From a virus, in the IMG/VR virus record IMGVR_UViG_3300050821_002957, positions 79,192 to 143,191 of that record: a stretch of DNA of 64,000 nt, one strand, 5' to 3'. The notes beneath the pieces are model-generated. The model had not been told where the DNA came from, searched no databases, and saw only the letters and a program-made list of their open reading frames with translations. Position numbers and translations under genes: made by a program. Shown one piece after another: positions 48,396 to 57,027 of this stretch. Each line of letters begins with the position of its first letter. Within the stretch, counting starts at the first letter, position 1.

Positions 48396-48794
48396 TTACC
48401 ACTTGATTAATAAAGTCCATTCGGTGTAGGCAGCATGAGAGTAGTCACCTTCACCACAACTGGCGGCAGTGTCCTTATATTCTGGATAGTATTTGGAAAT
48501 AAGGGCCACATGATACCCTTCGTTTTCTAGTAGTTGTCTAGCGGCAGTAGTGACAACCCGTCCATTATCATCTTTCCACCAATCAGGAGAGACTTCTAAA
48601 GATTGAAGACCTTTGCTGGCAGCTTCTTCAATTTTCTTGTGAATCTTTTCGACCATCTCTTTTGGATACTTGTCTTTCAAGTCCAATTGAAATTTTTTGG
48701 TTTCTTCTTCCCGCCTGATCCGGTCGGCCTCACTCTTTTCCCAGGCGAGTTGATTGGCTTTTTTGGTTGCGGCGGCAGCTTCTTTTGCAGTCAT
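48396..48794 (-). CDS. hypothetical protein
   Basis: 132-aa ORF. Confidence 0.4.
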   Translation of the reverse strand: MTAKEAAAATKKANQLAWEKSEADRIRREEETKKFQLDLKDKYPKEMVEKIHKKIEEAASKGLQSLEVSPDWWKDDNGRVVTTAARQLLENEGYHVALISKYYPEYKDTAASCGEGDYSHAAYTEWTLLIKW

Positions 48795-48851
48795 AGTTTA
48801 TAACGTGGCCGGATGCTATTAGTCACCCGGCTACGCCCACAGCGATGGATA

Positions 48852-49358
48852 TTACTCCACCAAATCGAATGCCCAGTTTGCCGCTTGAATCGACGTATCG
48901 AGCAGACGAAGTTCTTGACTCAGGTCATCGACGAGCTTGGTAAAATAGGCCAAGCTGACACCAGGAGCCACGAGCATTTTCGGAGCGTTCTCACCGTACA
49001 TGCGGCGAGACTGATTACGCCCACGAATTTGCTCTTTGATATTTGCAAAATGTTGGATCTGCGATTTCAAGGCATCACGATGAGCAAGCGCCTGCATCAT
49101 GGTTCGTTCGCCGACCATCGTAGAATTGTTGGAAGTGTTGATGGAAACCGTCAGTGCTTCCCAACGATGAAATGCACTATGAAGAGAGATTAACAGTGCA
49201 GCAGCGTCTTCTCTTTCATCGTCATCGGCTACAAGACCGGGTAGCCCGAGACCAATCGTTGGTTCTTCAACTAATGCTGCTTCTGAAAAACGACGGTTCA
49301 GGTCTGTAATACGTGCGCCCAAGGCTTTCTTTTCGAGCAATGCTTCTGCAAGTTTCAT
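48852..49358 (-). CDS. hypothetical protein
   Basis: 168-aa ORF. Confidence 0.45.
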   Translation of the reverse strand: MKLAEALLEKKALGARITDLNRRFSEAALVEEPTIGLGLPGLVADDDEREDAAALLISLHSAFHRWEALTVSINTSNNSTMVGERTMMQALAHRDALKSQIQHFANIKEQIRGRNQSRRMYGENAPKMLVAPGVSLAYFTKLVDDLSQELRLLDTSIQAANWAFDLVE

Positions 49359-49367
49359 AATGTCCTT

Positions 49368-49580
49368 TTAATCTCGTCCCGATCCCCAAGTGTTGTTTGG
49401 CTCGTATGAGCATTGTTCGACCGTTGCCATTGCACGAACAAAAACGATGCCACCATGTTCTACCTCTGGAAGAGAGAAATCAATATCTTTGATGTCACAC
49501 TTAAGATTTTTGCGGATTAGATATTGTTTAATTGCTAATTTGATCTCTGGCTCGTCAAGAGTTACTTGGTGTGTCAACAT
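49368..49580 (-). CDS. hypothetical small protein
   Basis: 70-aa ORF. Confidence 0.35.
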   Translation of the reverse strand: MLTHQVTLDEPEIKLAIKQYLIRKNLKCDIKDIDFSLPEVEHGGIVFVRAMATVEQCSYEPNNTWGSGRD

Positions 49581-49615
49581 GCTTTGATGATACTGTATTT
49601 TTGTTGAGTTGTAAA

Positions 49616-49641
49616 GGGGTGCTGCGAAAACACCCCCTTTT
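49616..49641. terminator. GC-rich hairpin terminator at the 3' end of the tRNA-like array
   Basis: GGGGTG-CTGCGAAAA-CACCCCC followed by TTTT on the plus strand and by TTTAC on the minus strand. It sits at the junction between the noncoding 49.6-50.0 kb region and the protein genes. Confidence 0.4.
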
Positions 49642-50056
49642 GATGGCCGCAGGATTCTACTGTTTCCAATCCTGCCAAAGTCAACCGCTAAACTTTCCCG
49701 GTTGGTCAGCCTACGTCTCGTGCAGGCTACGCTATTCTTTCACAGTATGTCACGATACTTGCCGAACCAATTAAGGCCGGGGAACTGACTGTCAGCTACT
49801 CGATAAAGAATAAATTTTAGTGGAAGCATCCGACCATCTTACGATGACTTTGCTGCCCCGTCCACAAGCGGGAACGTTTTAGCCTGTTTCGATTACTCTA
49901 ACAGATTACTCTTTCGAGAGACGTTCGTGACAGACTTTTTAACCCAGGTCTGCCAGCCGGATTCTCCTCAAATGGAGTTGTCGGCGAACCGATTCCATAC
50001 ACTCAGGAGTCGAGAAATTTTTGATCCGAACAAATGGGAGCAATGGATGTTGTTAG

Positions 50057-50161
50057 GTGCTCTACCATTGAGCTACGTCCTCCATAATAATTTTGGGAGG
50101 ACGATGGGACTCGAACCCATAACCACCCGCTTAATAGGCGATAACCCATCACGAACGGCTC
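50057..50161 (-). ncRNA. noncanonical tRNA-like unit with permuted topology (8-bp acceptor hairpin closed by a 12-nt loop, flanked by T-arm and D-arm)
   Basis: On the transcribed strand: GAGCCGT...GGTTATC, anticodon-like hairpin ATCGC-CTATTAA-GCGGG, T-arm ATGGG-TTCGAGT-CCCAT, CGTCCTCC, loop CAAAATTATTAT, GGAGGACG, TA, D-arm GCTC-AATGGTA-GAGC. Confidence 0.4.
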
Positions 50162-50870
50162 GAATCAAACTTGAATCGTGAACAAATAAGCGCCATCCGA
50201 GGTTTAGCATCTTAACCATTAGACGATACTAGTTTTACCCAGCAGCGGGACTCGAACCCACATCGCTCGTTTTATAGACGATAACGGACAACAAACGGCT
50301 CACGAAAATTTTGGTGCGAACAAATGGCGACAGTAGGGAATGCTCACTCTTTTCAAGTTTTGCTGAACTTCGCCCAGGCCGAGACCTTTACGAGCGGTGA
50401 GGATTCGACCCCACTCTTTCATTACCCTTGCGGATAATGACGTTCCAAACCAATAGATAACCTACCAATCAACGGCTCACACTAAACTCTTCTACTTGTT
50501 TTTATAATCGGTCTCGTAGAACCCCGATCCTTTGAAGTGAATCGCAACAGGCGACATCAACTTCTCCAGCTTACCACCGCACTCATGTCTGTCAAGCGGT
50601 GCATCATCCATTCGTTGTCGAACTTCAAATATTTCTCCGCACTTTTCACAAACGTATTCGTACAGTGCCATTCAAATTTATTGTCCGAACAAATGATCGC
50701 CTAAGGAAATTTGTGACGGTCGCTCTACCAACTGAGCTACATCCAACGTTAACGTTCGCACGCCTAGATGGAAGACAGGACTCGAACCTGCGGCCTACTG
50801 TTTGGAATGATAACCCTAAACTACGGCTCGAACAAAACTCTATCTCCCGAAAGGATCTTCCTTCACTTCT
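50162..50870 (-). ncRNA. array of at least four further tRNA-like repeat units sharing a 5' GAGCCGT-N7-GGTTATC module (units ending near 50300, 50478 and 50830, plus an isolated D-arm at 50717-50736)
   Basis: Each unit has a tRNA-type T-arm (GTGGG-TTCGAGT-CCCGC, GGGGTCGAATCCTCA, GCAGG-TTCGAGT-CCTGT) but no standard acceptor/D-arm arrangement. A canonical D-arm GCTCAGTTGGTAGAGC stands alone at 50717-50736. The perfect palindrome AACGTTAACGTT is at 50745-50756. Confidence 0.4.
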
Positions 50871-50935
50871 GGCTCCATATTACCGTTCGCACGACTTTTT
50901 AGCCATCGTTCTAGCTTAAACTACAGGAGAAAATC

Positions 50936-51012
50936 TGGTAGTCAGTCTCGGACTCGAACCGAGGGCCTTCTCCGTGTAAAGGAGTTGCTCTAACCAACTG
51001 AGCTAACCGACT
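50936..51012 (-). tRNA. tRNA-Val (anticodon TAC)
   Basis: Acceptor AGTCGGT/ACTGACT, D-arm GCTC-AGTTGGTTA-GAGC, anticodon loop TTTACAC, T-arm CTCGG-TTCGAGT-CCGAG, CCA. Confidence 0.75.
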
Positions 51013-51017
51013 AAAAT

Positions 51018-51094
51018 TGGTAGCGGATCTAGGAGTCGAACCTAGTATCTCAAGGTTATGAGTCTTGAATGGTTGTCCGTTCCACTCACCCGCA
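51018..51094 (-). tRNA. tRNA-Met/Ile2 (anticodon CAT)
   Basis: Anticodon stem-loop CAAGA-CTCATAA-CCTTG, T-arm CTAGG-TTCGACT-CCTAG, acceptor TGCGGGT/ATCCGCT (position 1-72 unpaired), CCA. The anticodon stem is not initiator-like. Confidence 0.65.
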
Positions 51095-51211
51095 AATCGA
51101 AACCGGAGCATACTGCGCTCTACGGTAAACTTGTATTCCTGCCTACGTCCTCTCGCCTTCAGTCATTATGGTACGAAACCCATGCATAGATTCCGCACTG
51201 AGGATCATCAG

Positions 51212-51661
51212 TCACCGTAAAGCTCGGTTCGCATCTACGAACAACTGCAACGCTACGGAATGCCGTTTTTCCGGCAGGAAATTCTCATATGTTTCTATCC
51301 TGTGGCAATTGGCACACAGAACTTCACATTTTGCAATCTCAGCACGTACCCTAGCTTCGCTCCAACATTTACGAACCGCATCGGCCACGTTTGCTACTTT
51401 ATCACGCAAATGATGAAAATCAAGAACTCTAAAATCCTTGATCCCACATTCTACGCATCCACTCGCCTCTTTCAAAGTTCTAACCAACAACAGAAGACGC
51501 TCTTTCGTAGCACGATTATGAATCAATGCCCTAGCTTTTAACTTGGCTTTGTTATTCAAATAATGCCGATGAGCACTCTCTTTCTGTTTGATCTTACACT
51601 TATGAGGCATTCTGGTTGCGGCAGATGGCTTCGATCCATCGACTTCTTGCTTATGAGGCAA
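51212..51661 (-). CDS. HNH homing endonuclease
   Basis: ...FHHLRDKVANV...CEVLCANCHRIETY is an HNH motif; it lies immediately downstream of tRNA-Met. Confidence 0.6.
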   Translation of the reverse strand: MPHKQEVDGSKPSAATRMPHKCKIKQKESAHRHYLNNKAKLKARALIHNRATKERLLLLVRTLKEASGCVECGIKDFRVLDFHHLRDKVANVADAVRKCWSEARVRAEIAKCEVLCANCHRIETYENFLPEKRHSVALQLFVDANRALR

Positions 51662-51984
51662 GCGTTCTACCGGGCTGAACTATACCGCAAAAACTTTCGC
51701 AATGAACAAATTTTTCAATGTCGGGTTTTCCTGGCATCTTAAAAGAACGCTGATAACCAACATCTTCGGCTCATCACTGCTTTACTATCTATACACGCAA
51801 AAATTGTGTAGAGCGAACAAATATGTAGGTCTCCGCTTGTAACTACCGCCCGGACGCAATCAATATTACTACTGACTGCGGTATGGAATCGAACCACATC
51901 GCCTTTTTTGCAGAAAGAGAACAGAAACCCAGGCGGCTCACTCTGACTTATTTAGAATACCACACCCAGTCACAGTGTCAAGTA

Positions 51985-52290
51985 TTATTTTCCGAGAAAG
52001 AACAAAGACGAATAGATGCCGGTCACCGTACCAAGAACACCACCGGCAGTATAACCGATCCATTGAATAAAAGTGTCCTCATCTTTGCCTTTCATCATTT
52101 TCTTGATCACAAAAAATGTCAATGAGGCCAGTGTTGTATCTGTGATGATAGCCGCCAGAACGTTAGCCTGTGCGACGGCTCTCCATGAGATTGTACAAAG
52201 ACCCCAATTGAAAAACTGCATGGCTCCAATTTCAAGTGCATCAATGATCTGTTTCTTGTTGACTGCTGGAAATCGGAAAATTACTTTCAT
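51985..52290 (-). CDS. small membrane protein (possible holin-like)
   Basis: 101 aa with two or three TM helices; the function is a guess. Confidence 0.35.
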   Translation of the reverse strand: MKVIFRFPAVNKKQIIDALEIGAMQFFNWGLCTISWRAVAQANVLAAIITDTTLASLTFFVIKKMMKGKDEDTFIQWIGYTAGGVLGTVTGIYSSLFFLGK

Positions 52291-52303
52291 GCTTGGATTT
52301 AGA

Positions 52304-52777
52304 CTAAGCTAAAACTGCAACATGCTTACCCAGGCGTGCAGAAAAATAACTTACAGCTTCTTCATACGAAGAGAAAATGTTCGCAGTCGGAAACCTTTCA
52401 CGAAGATCCTTTTCAGTCTTCTTCAGAGCTTTTAAGAGATGGCCGCTGTACTCTCTGTTGTCGAACACAATCACAGTAGTACTTGGCTTATCGTACAAGC
52501 CCATCACAGCCTCGACAATGCTGTAGACAGAAACATGTGTCGCATCGCCGGGGTTCGGAGAGCAGATGTAAAAGAGGTTATATTGCGCCTCACGTTTTGC
52601 CTGATCTTCTGCGACTTGACATTCCGGTGTCCAATCAGGAACTACAGGATTATAAAGGGATTCTGCCGGAACACCAGCAGCTACAAGATCATCAATGAAA
52701 GTGGACCGCCATGTGGTAGATCCGACAGTACCGCCAAGGAAAATGGATGTGTGTGACATGAATTTATCACACCACAT
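52304..52777 (-). CDS. hypothetical protein, possible nucleoside 2-deoxyribosyltransferase-like Rossmann fold
   Basis: 157 aa with IFLGGTVGST near the N-terminus. Weak call. Confidence 0.35.
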   Translation of the reverse strand: MWCDKFMSHTSIFLGGTVGSTTWRSTFIDDLVAAGVPAESLYNPVVPDWTPECQVAEDQAKREAQYNLFYICSPNPGDATHVSVYSIVEAVMGLYDKPSTTVIVFDNREYSGHLLKALKKTEKDLRERFPTANIFSSYEEAVSYFSARLGKHVAVLA

Positions 52778-52781
52778 ATTC

Positions 52782-53132
52782 CTATTCTGTCAACATTGAG
52801 GCGTAGATAAGAAGCTCTTCTTGAGATCTAAAGTAATGTTCGATTTTGCGAGAACATTCAAGATGACTCGGCATGAAACTACTGTACATGCATAAAGTAC
52901 AGCCCATATCATGCCGAGAGCGTAGAAACGTCGTCAGAGGCGCTGGAAGATCCTTTCGGTCCTCTAGGTCATACAAGTCCTGTTCAGCACGTCCTAACGT
53001 CTTCATGCGCTCGGCACACTCTTTCATCACACTATCTTTGAAATTCGATTCAGTAATCAGACGTGCATTCACACTGGCAGCTTTCTTTGCTACCATCCAC
53101 GTCCGTAATGTATCGAAAATCAGTTTATCCAT
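52782..53132 (-). CDS. hypothetical protein
   Basis: 116-aa ORF. Confidence 0.4.
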   Translation of the reverse strand: MDKLIFDTLRTWMVAKKAASVNARLITESNFKDSVMKECAERMKTLGRAEQDLYDLEDRKDLPAPLTTFLRSRHDMGCTLCMYSSFMPSHLECSRKIEHYFRSQEELLIYASMLTE

Positions 53133-53457
53133 TTATTGGGGTTGCCAAATACTTCAAAAGATCGGTCGGTGTTCTTGGACCGTCATATCGTGAAACTTCA
53201 ACCCCGCCTTTGAACAGAGCCAAGGCGGGAATGGACCGGATTTTGAACTGCTCGGTCTGGATTGGATTTTCGTCAATGTTCAATTTACCAACTTTCACTG
53301 CACCGGCAATATCGTTCGCTACGATTTCCAAAACTGGCGTCAGCTTCACACACGGACCACACCAGGGTGCCCAAAAATCCACCAGGACGGGTAACTCAGA
53401 CTTCAGTACTTCTTCCTCAAAATTTGCGTCAGTCAATTCTACAATGTTCTCGCTCAT
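53125..53457 (-). CDS. trx: thioredoxin
   Basis: WCGPC active site (DFWAPWCGPCVKL) and a full thioredoxin fold, 110 aa. Confidence 0.75.
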   Translation of the reverse strand: MSENIVELTDANFEEEVLKSELPVLVDFWAPWCGPCVKLTPVLEIVANDIAGAVKVGKLNIDENPIQTEQFKIRSIPALALFKGGVEVSRYDGPRTPTDLLKYLATPING

Positions 53458-53577
53458 GCTTTCCTTCCCTTAATTGGTTCCTTCCGATGATTCTTGCAGT
53501 AATATTGCCCGTTTTCCATGTGCCGGGTTACTTTACCGCAGCCAATAACACACGGTCTTGCTTTGTTTCGTCCAGTC
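53455..53577 (-). CDS. small Cys-rich protein (40 aa) translationally coupled to the thioredoxin gene
   Basis: MTGRNKARPCVIGCGKVTRHMENGQYYCKNHRKEPIKGRKA; its stop TGA overlaps the thioredoxin ATG (gcATGAgc). Confidence 0.35.
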
Positions 53578-53739
53578 ATTTGTCCTCTTGTTTAGTATAG
53601 CATTCCAGGCATCTTACCGTCGTCGTTCGATTGGTCAGGATGGTATGTCCACACTCGCCTCGCACCACGTTAGGATAACCATTTAGCGCCGGTCTGATCA
53701 CTTCAGTAATTTTCACCGAAGGCCAGTTCTTTAGAAACA

Positions 53740-54339
53740 TCATTCCCAATAGTTACGATACTCTGTGCCGTAAACTTCATTTAGCTTCTTGAAGTAGGCA
53801 TCAGTTTTGATCTTCACCTGGAAACCATCACCCTTTGCCACGACGCCTTCCCATACAGGATACACCCCTTTTCGCACATCGTCAATGAACTGCTTGTTGA
53901 GGTTGCCTTCGTAGACTACCTGTGCAGCTTGGGGCATGTCACCGAACGTCTTCAGGAATGTTCTAGGGGCCATGAAACCACGTTTGAACAAGAATGCATC
54001 GATCAGACGAAGTTCCATCAAATCGTTAGGATCATGTTGACCGGCAAAACTGTTGGGGCCGAAAAATTCTGTGAAAACTGTGATGCGTTGGATGCCTCGC
54101 TCCAAATGTTTCACCCGACGCACGATCTCATCGCCCAATGTGTCTTTGAAAATTGGAATTGCTTTGGCATACAACGGATCAGACTCATCGAACAACTGAT
54201 GCTTGGTGCCGTACTTATGCCAGCCTTGTTTCGGCGACCATTCCCAACGCAAGTTGCTTCCATCGTACTTGTAAAAAGCAATGCAAGGCTTTCCCAATGG
54301 TGCCTTAGCGCTGCCGTCGATGGAAGGGAACTGTTGCAT
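53740..54339 (-). CDS. nucleotidyltransferase-superfamily ligase-like protein (KxDG motif; putative RNA ligase)
   Basis: 199 aa with the lysine motif AFYKYDGSNLR near the N-terminus. Small size and tRNA-cluster context fit an RNA ligase or repair enzyme. Confidence 0.4.
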   Translation of the reverse strand: MQQFPSIDGSAKAPLGKPCIAFYKYDGSNLRWEWSPKQGWHKYGTKHQLFDESDPLYAKAIPIFKDTLGDEIVRRVKHLERGIQRITVFTEFFGPNSFAGQHDPNDLMELRLIDAFLFKRGFMAPRTFLKTFGDMPQAAQVVYEGNLNKQFIDDVRKGVYPVWEGVVAKGDGFQVKIKTDAYFKKLNEVYGTEYRNYWE

Positions 54340-54356
54340 TATTTTAGTGACTTTAG

Positions 54357-54512
54357 ATATTCCGAAATTCGTGCATCTCTTATGGCTTGATCCTGTTTGA
54401 ATGCTTTCATCTGAGCGTTGAACTTGCGTCGTTCTTCATTTGGCAAAAACCATCCAATTAACAGGCCGACGACAGCCGATCCTGCGAGAAACATCCAAAT
54501 TTCAGAATTGGT
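54357..54512 (-). CDS. small membrane protein (51 aa)
   Basis: MTNSEIWMFLAGSAVVGLLIGWFLPNEERRKFNAQMKAFKQDQAIRDARISEY; below the ORF-track cut-off. Confidence 0.3.
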
Positions 54513-54526
54513 CATTTATAAGTGAG

Positions 54527-54606
54527 CGGGTGCGGGAGTTGAACCCACATTTCCATCGGTGATCAAACCGGGCTAGGCGTCCTGTCCATTTAGACGAACC
54601 CTCTCA
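54527..54606 (-). ncRNA. tRNA-like element of uncertain identity
   Basis: Clear D-arm (TTCGTC-TAAATGGACAG-GACG) and T-arm (GTGGG-TTCAACT-CCCGC) with acceptor GAGAGGG/CCCGCTC (one mismatch). No canonical 5-bp/7-nt anticodon arm and no CCA. Confidence 0.35.
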
Positions 54607-54614
54607 TAACCTTT

Positions 54615-54998
54615 CTATCCCGTTGCCTTCATCATCAACGGGGCGGTGTCGATCTGCTTCGCACAGGCAGTCGTATAAAGCTGTCGAACGTTGGTCGCCG
54701 TAAATTCTTGATTGAACCGGGTCTTGAATCCATCATGATTTAGAATTCGTGCAATGGTATTGAACGACGAATTCACTTTACGGAGTGACATCATTCGCTC
54801 GGTCACTGCTTCCAAATTGTAATCAGGATTGGTCGGCTTCTTTCCGATGTTCACACCAGCTTCTTTTGAGACATGAGCACTCAATTCGAGAATCAAACCT
54901 TCGTGGTTCTTTTCCTCGAATGCAACGTCTTCTTTAAGATTGGCAATCCGATTTTTGGACTGCCGGATCTTATTCATGATTTCTTTGTACGATGGCAC
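54615..54998 (-). CDS. hypothetical protein
   Basis: 127-aa ORF. Confidence 0.4.
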   Translation of the reverse strand: MPSYKEIMNKIRQSKNRIANLKEDVAFEEKNHEGLILELSAHVSKEAGVNIGKKPTNPDYNLEAVTERMMSLRKVNSSFNTIARILNHDGFKTRFNQEFTATNVRQLYTTACAKQIDTAPLMMKATG

Positions 54999-55016
54999 TG
55001 TTGTTGTCCTTTCTTT

Positions 55017-55313
55017 TCAGATCAAAAGTTTACAGACTCGGGCCTTGACGAAGCCGGTTGTAATCTCACGTCCGGTGTCGGCACAAATCCTGTTACGAAT
55101 CAAAAAATCCAACATGGTTGCGTTTTCGCTCCAGGTCTTTATAATAACTTCATTAGCCTGAATGTCATGTTCGGGCAAGTTTACCGTGGCGCTGGCAACC
55201 TGCCCCTCCGCATCCATCAATACTAACGCCACTCGACCGTTGGCATATTTTTGTTTTTCCAACCACACGTTATAGACATCACTCGGCGTGGTGTACTTGT
55301 ACATTTGCTTCAT
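55017..55313 (-). CDS. hypothetical protein
   Basis: 98-aa ORF. Confidence 0.4.
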   Translation of the reverse strand: MKQMYKYTTPSDVYNVWLEKQKYANGRVALVLMDAEGQVASATVNLPEHDIQANEVIIKTWSENATMLDFLIRNRICADTGREITTGFVKARVCKLLI

Positions 55314-55359
55314 AACGGTAATCGTACCACATCTGAAACAGGATCAACAAACAAAATTT

Positions 55360-55434
55360 TGGGGTGCTATGAGAGGCTCGAACTCTCCCTAACAGGTTCA
55401 CAGCCTGTTGTGCTACCGCTACACTAAAAGCACC
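55360..55434 (-). tRNA. tRNA-His (anticodon GTG)
   Basis: Anticodon stem ACAGG/CCTGT with loop CTGTGAA, T-arm GAGAG-TTCGAGC-CTCTC, an extra 5' G consistent with His G-1, CCA. Confidence 0.65.
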
Positions 55435-55441
55435 ATAATGG

Positions 55442-55660
55442 TCAACGTCTGAACAATTTCTGACACTCAACATACCATCGATCAACGACTTTGTTGTTGG
55501 GCCAGCCTGCCGCCTCTAAAACAATTGCGGCTTTCATGTCATCAACGTCAACGAACTTTTCTTCAAGTGATAATCCAAGCTCGACCATTAACTTCTCGAG
55601 AACTTGAACCTCTTGAACAATCTCACCTTCAAACTCACCGAACAGCATGAATTGTCTCAT
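55442..55660 (-). CDS. hypothetical small protein (72 aa from ATG 55660)
   Basis: Track ORF 55442-55726 overlaps tRNA-Gln and is trimmed to the internal ATG. Confidence 0.35.
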   Translation of the reverse strand: MRQFMLFGEFEGEIVQEVQVLEKLMVELGLSLEEKFVDVDDMKAAIVLEAAGWPNNKVVDRWYVECQKLFRR

Positions 55661-55666
55661 AAATTT

Positions 55667-55740
55667 TGGCTCCCGGTCAGAGACTCGAACTCCGATTAGA
55701 GGCTTCAGAGGCCCCTGTCCTGCCATTAGACGAACCGGGA
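55667..55740 (-). tRNA. tRNA-Gln (anticodon CTG)
   Basis: Acceptor TCCCGGT/ACCGGGA, D-arm GTC-TAATGGCAG-GAC, anticodon stem GGGGC/GCCTC with loop CTCTGAA, T-arm CGGAG-TTCGAGT-CTCTG, CCA. Confidence 0.7.
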
Positions 55741-55744
55741 ATAA

Positions 55745-56305
55745 CTAAACTCGTTTCACATTGCGACCAGCAAACGTTTCTGTTTGACTGTTGCAATTCG
55801 GACATAACAGCCGAAGATTGTCCAGTCTGTTATCATCCTTCACCCCATTGATATGGTCAAGCACCATCACCAACATTTTTCCGTTCCATTCCGGCTGCTG
55901 GCCACAATCACTACACTCATTCGCCAGTATACCATCTCGGATCAAACGATTTTTCAAGTGTCCTCGATTGTATGTCGATCCCTCTACCAAAACATTCAAC
56001 AATGAAACTGATCGTTCCTCAATATTCGGTACGATTCGACCACACTCAACCGACTTATACCATGATGCCGGATTCATCCCAAATTTGTTAATACACTCCC
56101 GAAAAGAAGCTCCTCTATCAATCTCTTTTTGTACAGCAGTCCAATCATATCGCTGTGCGCCATCACGACCCATAAAGACTATGGACGGATTCTCAGCATG
56201 GCGGCGTGCATGATAACTAATCGTAGATCGAGCACAACCCAATTCTTTTTCAATCTCTCGATACGAACGTCCTTCTTTCAACAACTGAATAATACGATGC
56301 TTCAT
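55745..56305 (-). CDS. HNH homing endonuclease with N-terminal helix-turn-helix
   Basis: N-terminus ...EGRSYREIEKELGCARSTISYHARRH is an HTH; the C-terminus LDHINGVKDDNRLDNLRLLCPNCNSQ is HNH. It is adjacent to tRNA-Gln. Confidence 0.6.
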   Translation of the reverse strand: MKHRIIQLLKEGRSYREIEKELGCARSTISYHARRHAENPSIVFMGRDGAQRYDWTAVQKEIDRGASFRECINKFGMNPASWYKSVECGRIVPNIEERSVSLLNVLVEGSTYNRGHLKNRLIRDGILANECSDCGQQPEWNGKMLVMVLDHINGVKDDNRLDNLRLLCPNCNSQTETFAGRNVKRV

Positions 56306-56383
56306 AATCCTATTTAGGTAGGATCAAGATTTCACCACATCATCCATACTACTTTGGTTCGACCGCCACTCACATTTTAGTTT

Positions 56384-56617
56384 TCAAGCAAAATACCAAA
56401 ATAACCAGACGGTCAATACAGATGAGAGGGACGAAACAAAAATGGCCATCAACCAACTCATTGGACCGAACAACAAATACAGAAAAATGTATCCAGCGCC
56501 GCCGCCCATACTGCCGATGAAGTAAGCCAAAAGCGGAGCCTTCCAACTGACAACTGCTCCACTAGAATTCTCCGTCAACCTGTTAAACAATCTGTACGGC
56601 TCACGTTTCAAAAACAT
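56384..56617 (-). CDS. small membrane protein
   Basis: 77 aa with two TM helices. Confidence 0.35.
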   Translation of the reverse strand: MFLKREPYRLFNRLTENSSGAVVSWKAPLLAYFIGSMGGGAGYIFLYLLFGPMSWLMAIFVSSLSSVLTVWLFWYFA

Positions 56618-56635
56618 GTTTCCTCTTTCAAAATT

Positions 56636-56709
56636 GGCACCGGGGCGTGGTATCGATCCACGGTCTTGGGTTTCAAAGACCCACGTTCTACCATTGAACT
56701 AACCCGGTA
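56636..56709 (-). tRNA. tRNA-Gln (anticodon TTG)
   Basis: Acceptor ACCGGGT/CCCCGGT (one mismatch), D-arm GTTC-AATGGTA-GAAC, anticodon stem TGGGT/ACCCA with loop CTTTGAA, T-arm CGTGG-ATCGATA-CCACG (atypical loop), CCA. Confidence 0.65.
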
Positions 56710-56720
56710 TAAACTTTTTT

Positions 56721-56794
56721 GGTAGCCCTGGAGAGAATCGAACTCTCGTTCTCTGACTGAGAATCAGGTGTCCTCCCACTAGACGACAAGGCCA
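56721..56794 (-). tRNA. tRNA-Glu (anticodon CTC)
   Basis: Acceptor GGCCTTG/CAGGGCT with G-U pairs, D-arm GTC-TAGTGGGAG-GAC, anticodon loop TTCTCAG with a 4-bp stem, T-arm GAGAG-TTCGATT-CTCTC, CCA. Confidence 0.6.
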
Positions 56795-56802
56795 CAACAA
56801 AC

Positions 56803-57027
56803 CTAACCGAACGTTTCTTTCAACGTTGCTTTGGGATTTATAAACCCACTCATGAGACATACCAAACCATTCGAGCCGCCGACTGCAAGTAGCTCTTGGC
56901 TTTGTCTCCAGGGATTACCATCTTCATCCCGACTGGTTTCTACACTCACAAAAATCTTTTCGCCGGAATCATACTTCTCCAACAATTTCCGTAGATCCCC
57001 GACTGTCTCAACCTTTTCTGCCTTCAT
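56803..57027 (-). CDS. hypothetical small protein (74 aa from ATG 57027)
   Basis: Track ORF 56803-57135 is trimmed to the internal ATG just downstream of the AlkB-like gene stop. Confidence 0.3.
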   Translation of the reverse strand: MKAEKVETVGDLRKLLEKYDSGEKIFVSVETSRDEDGNPWRQSQELLAVGGSNGLVCLMSGFINPKATLKETFG

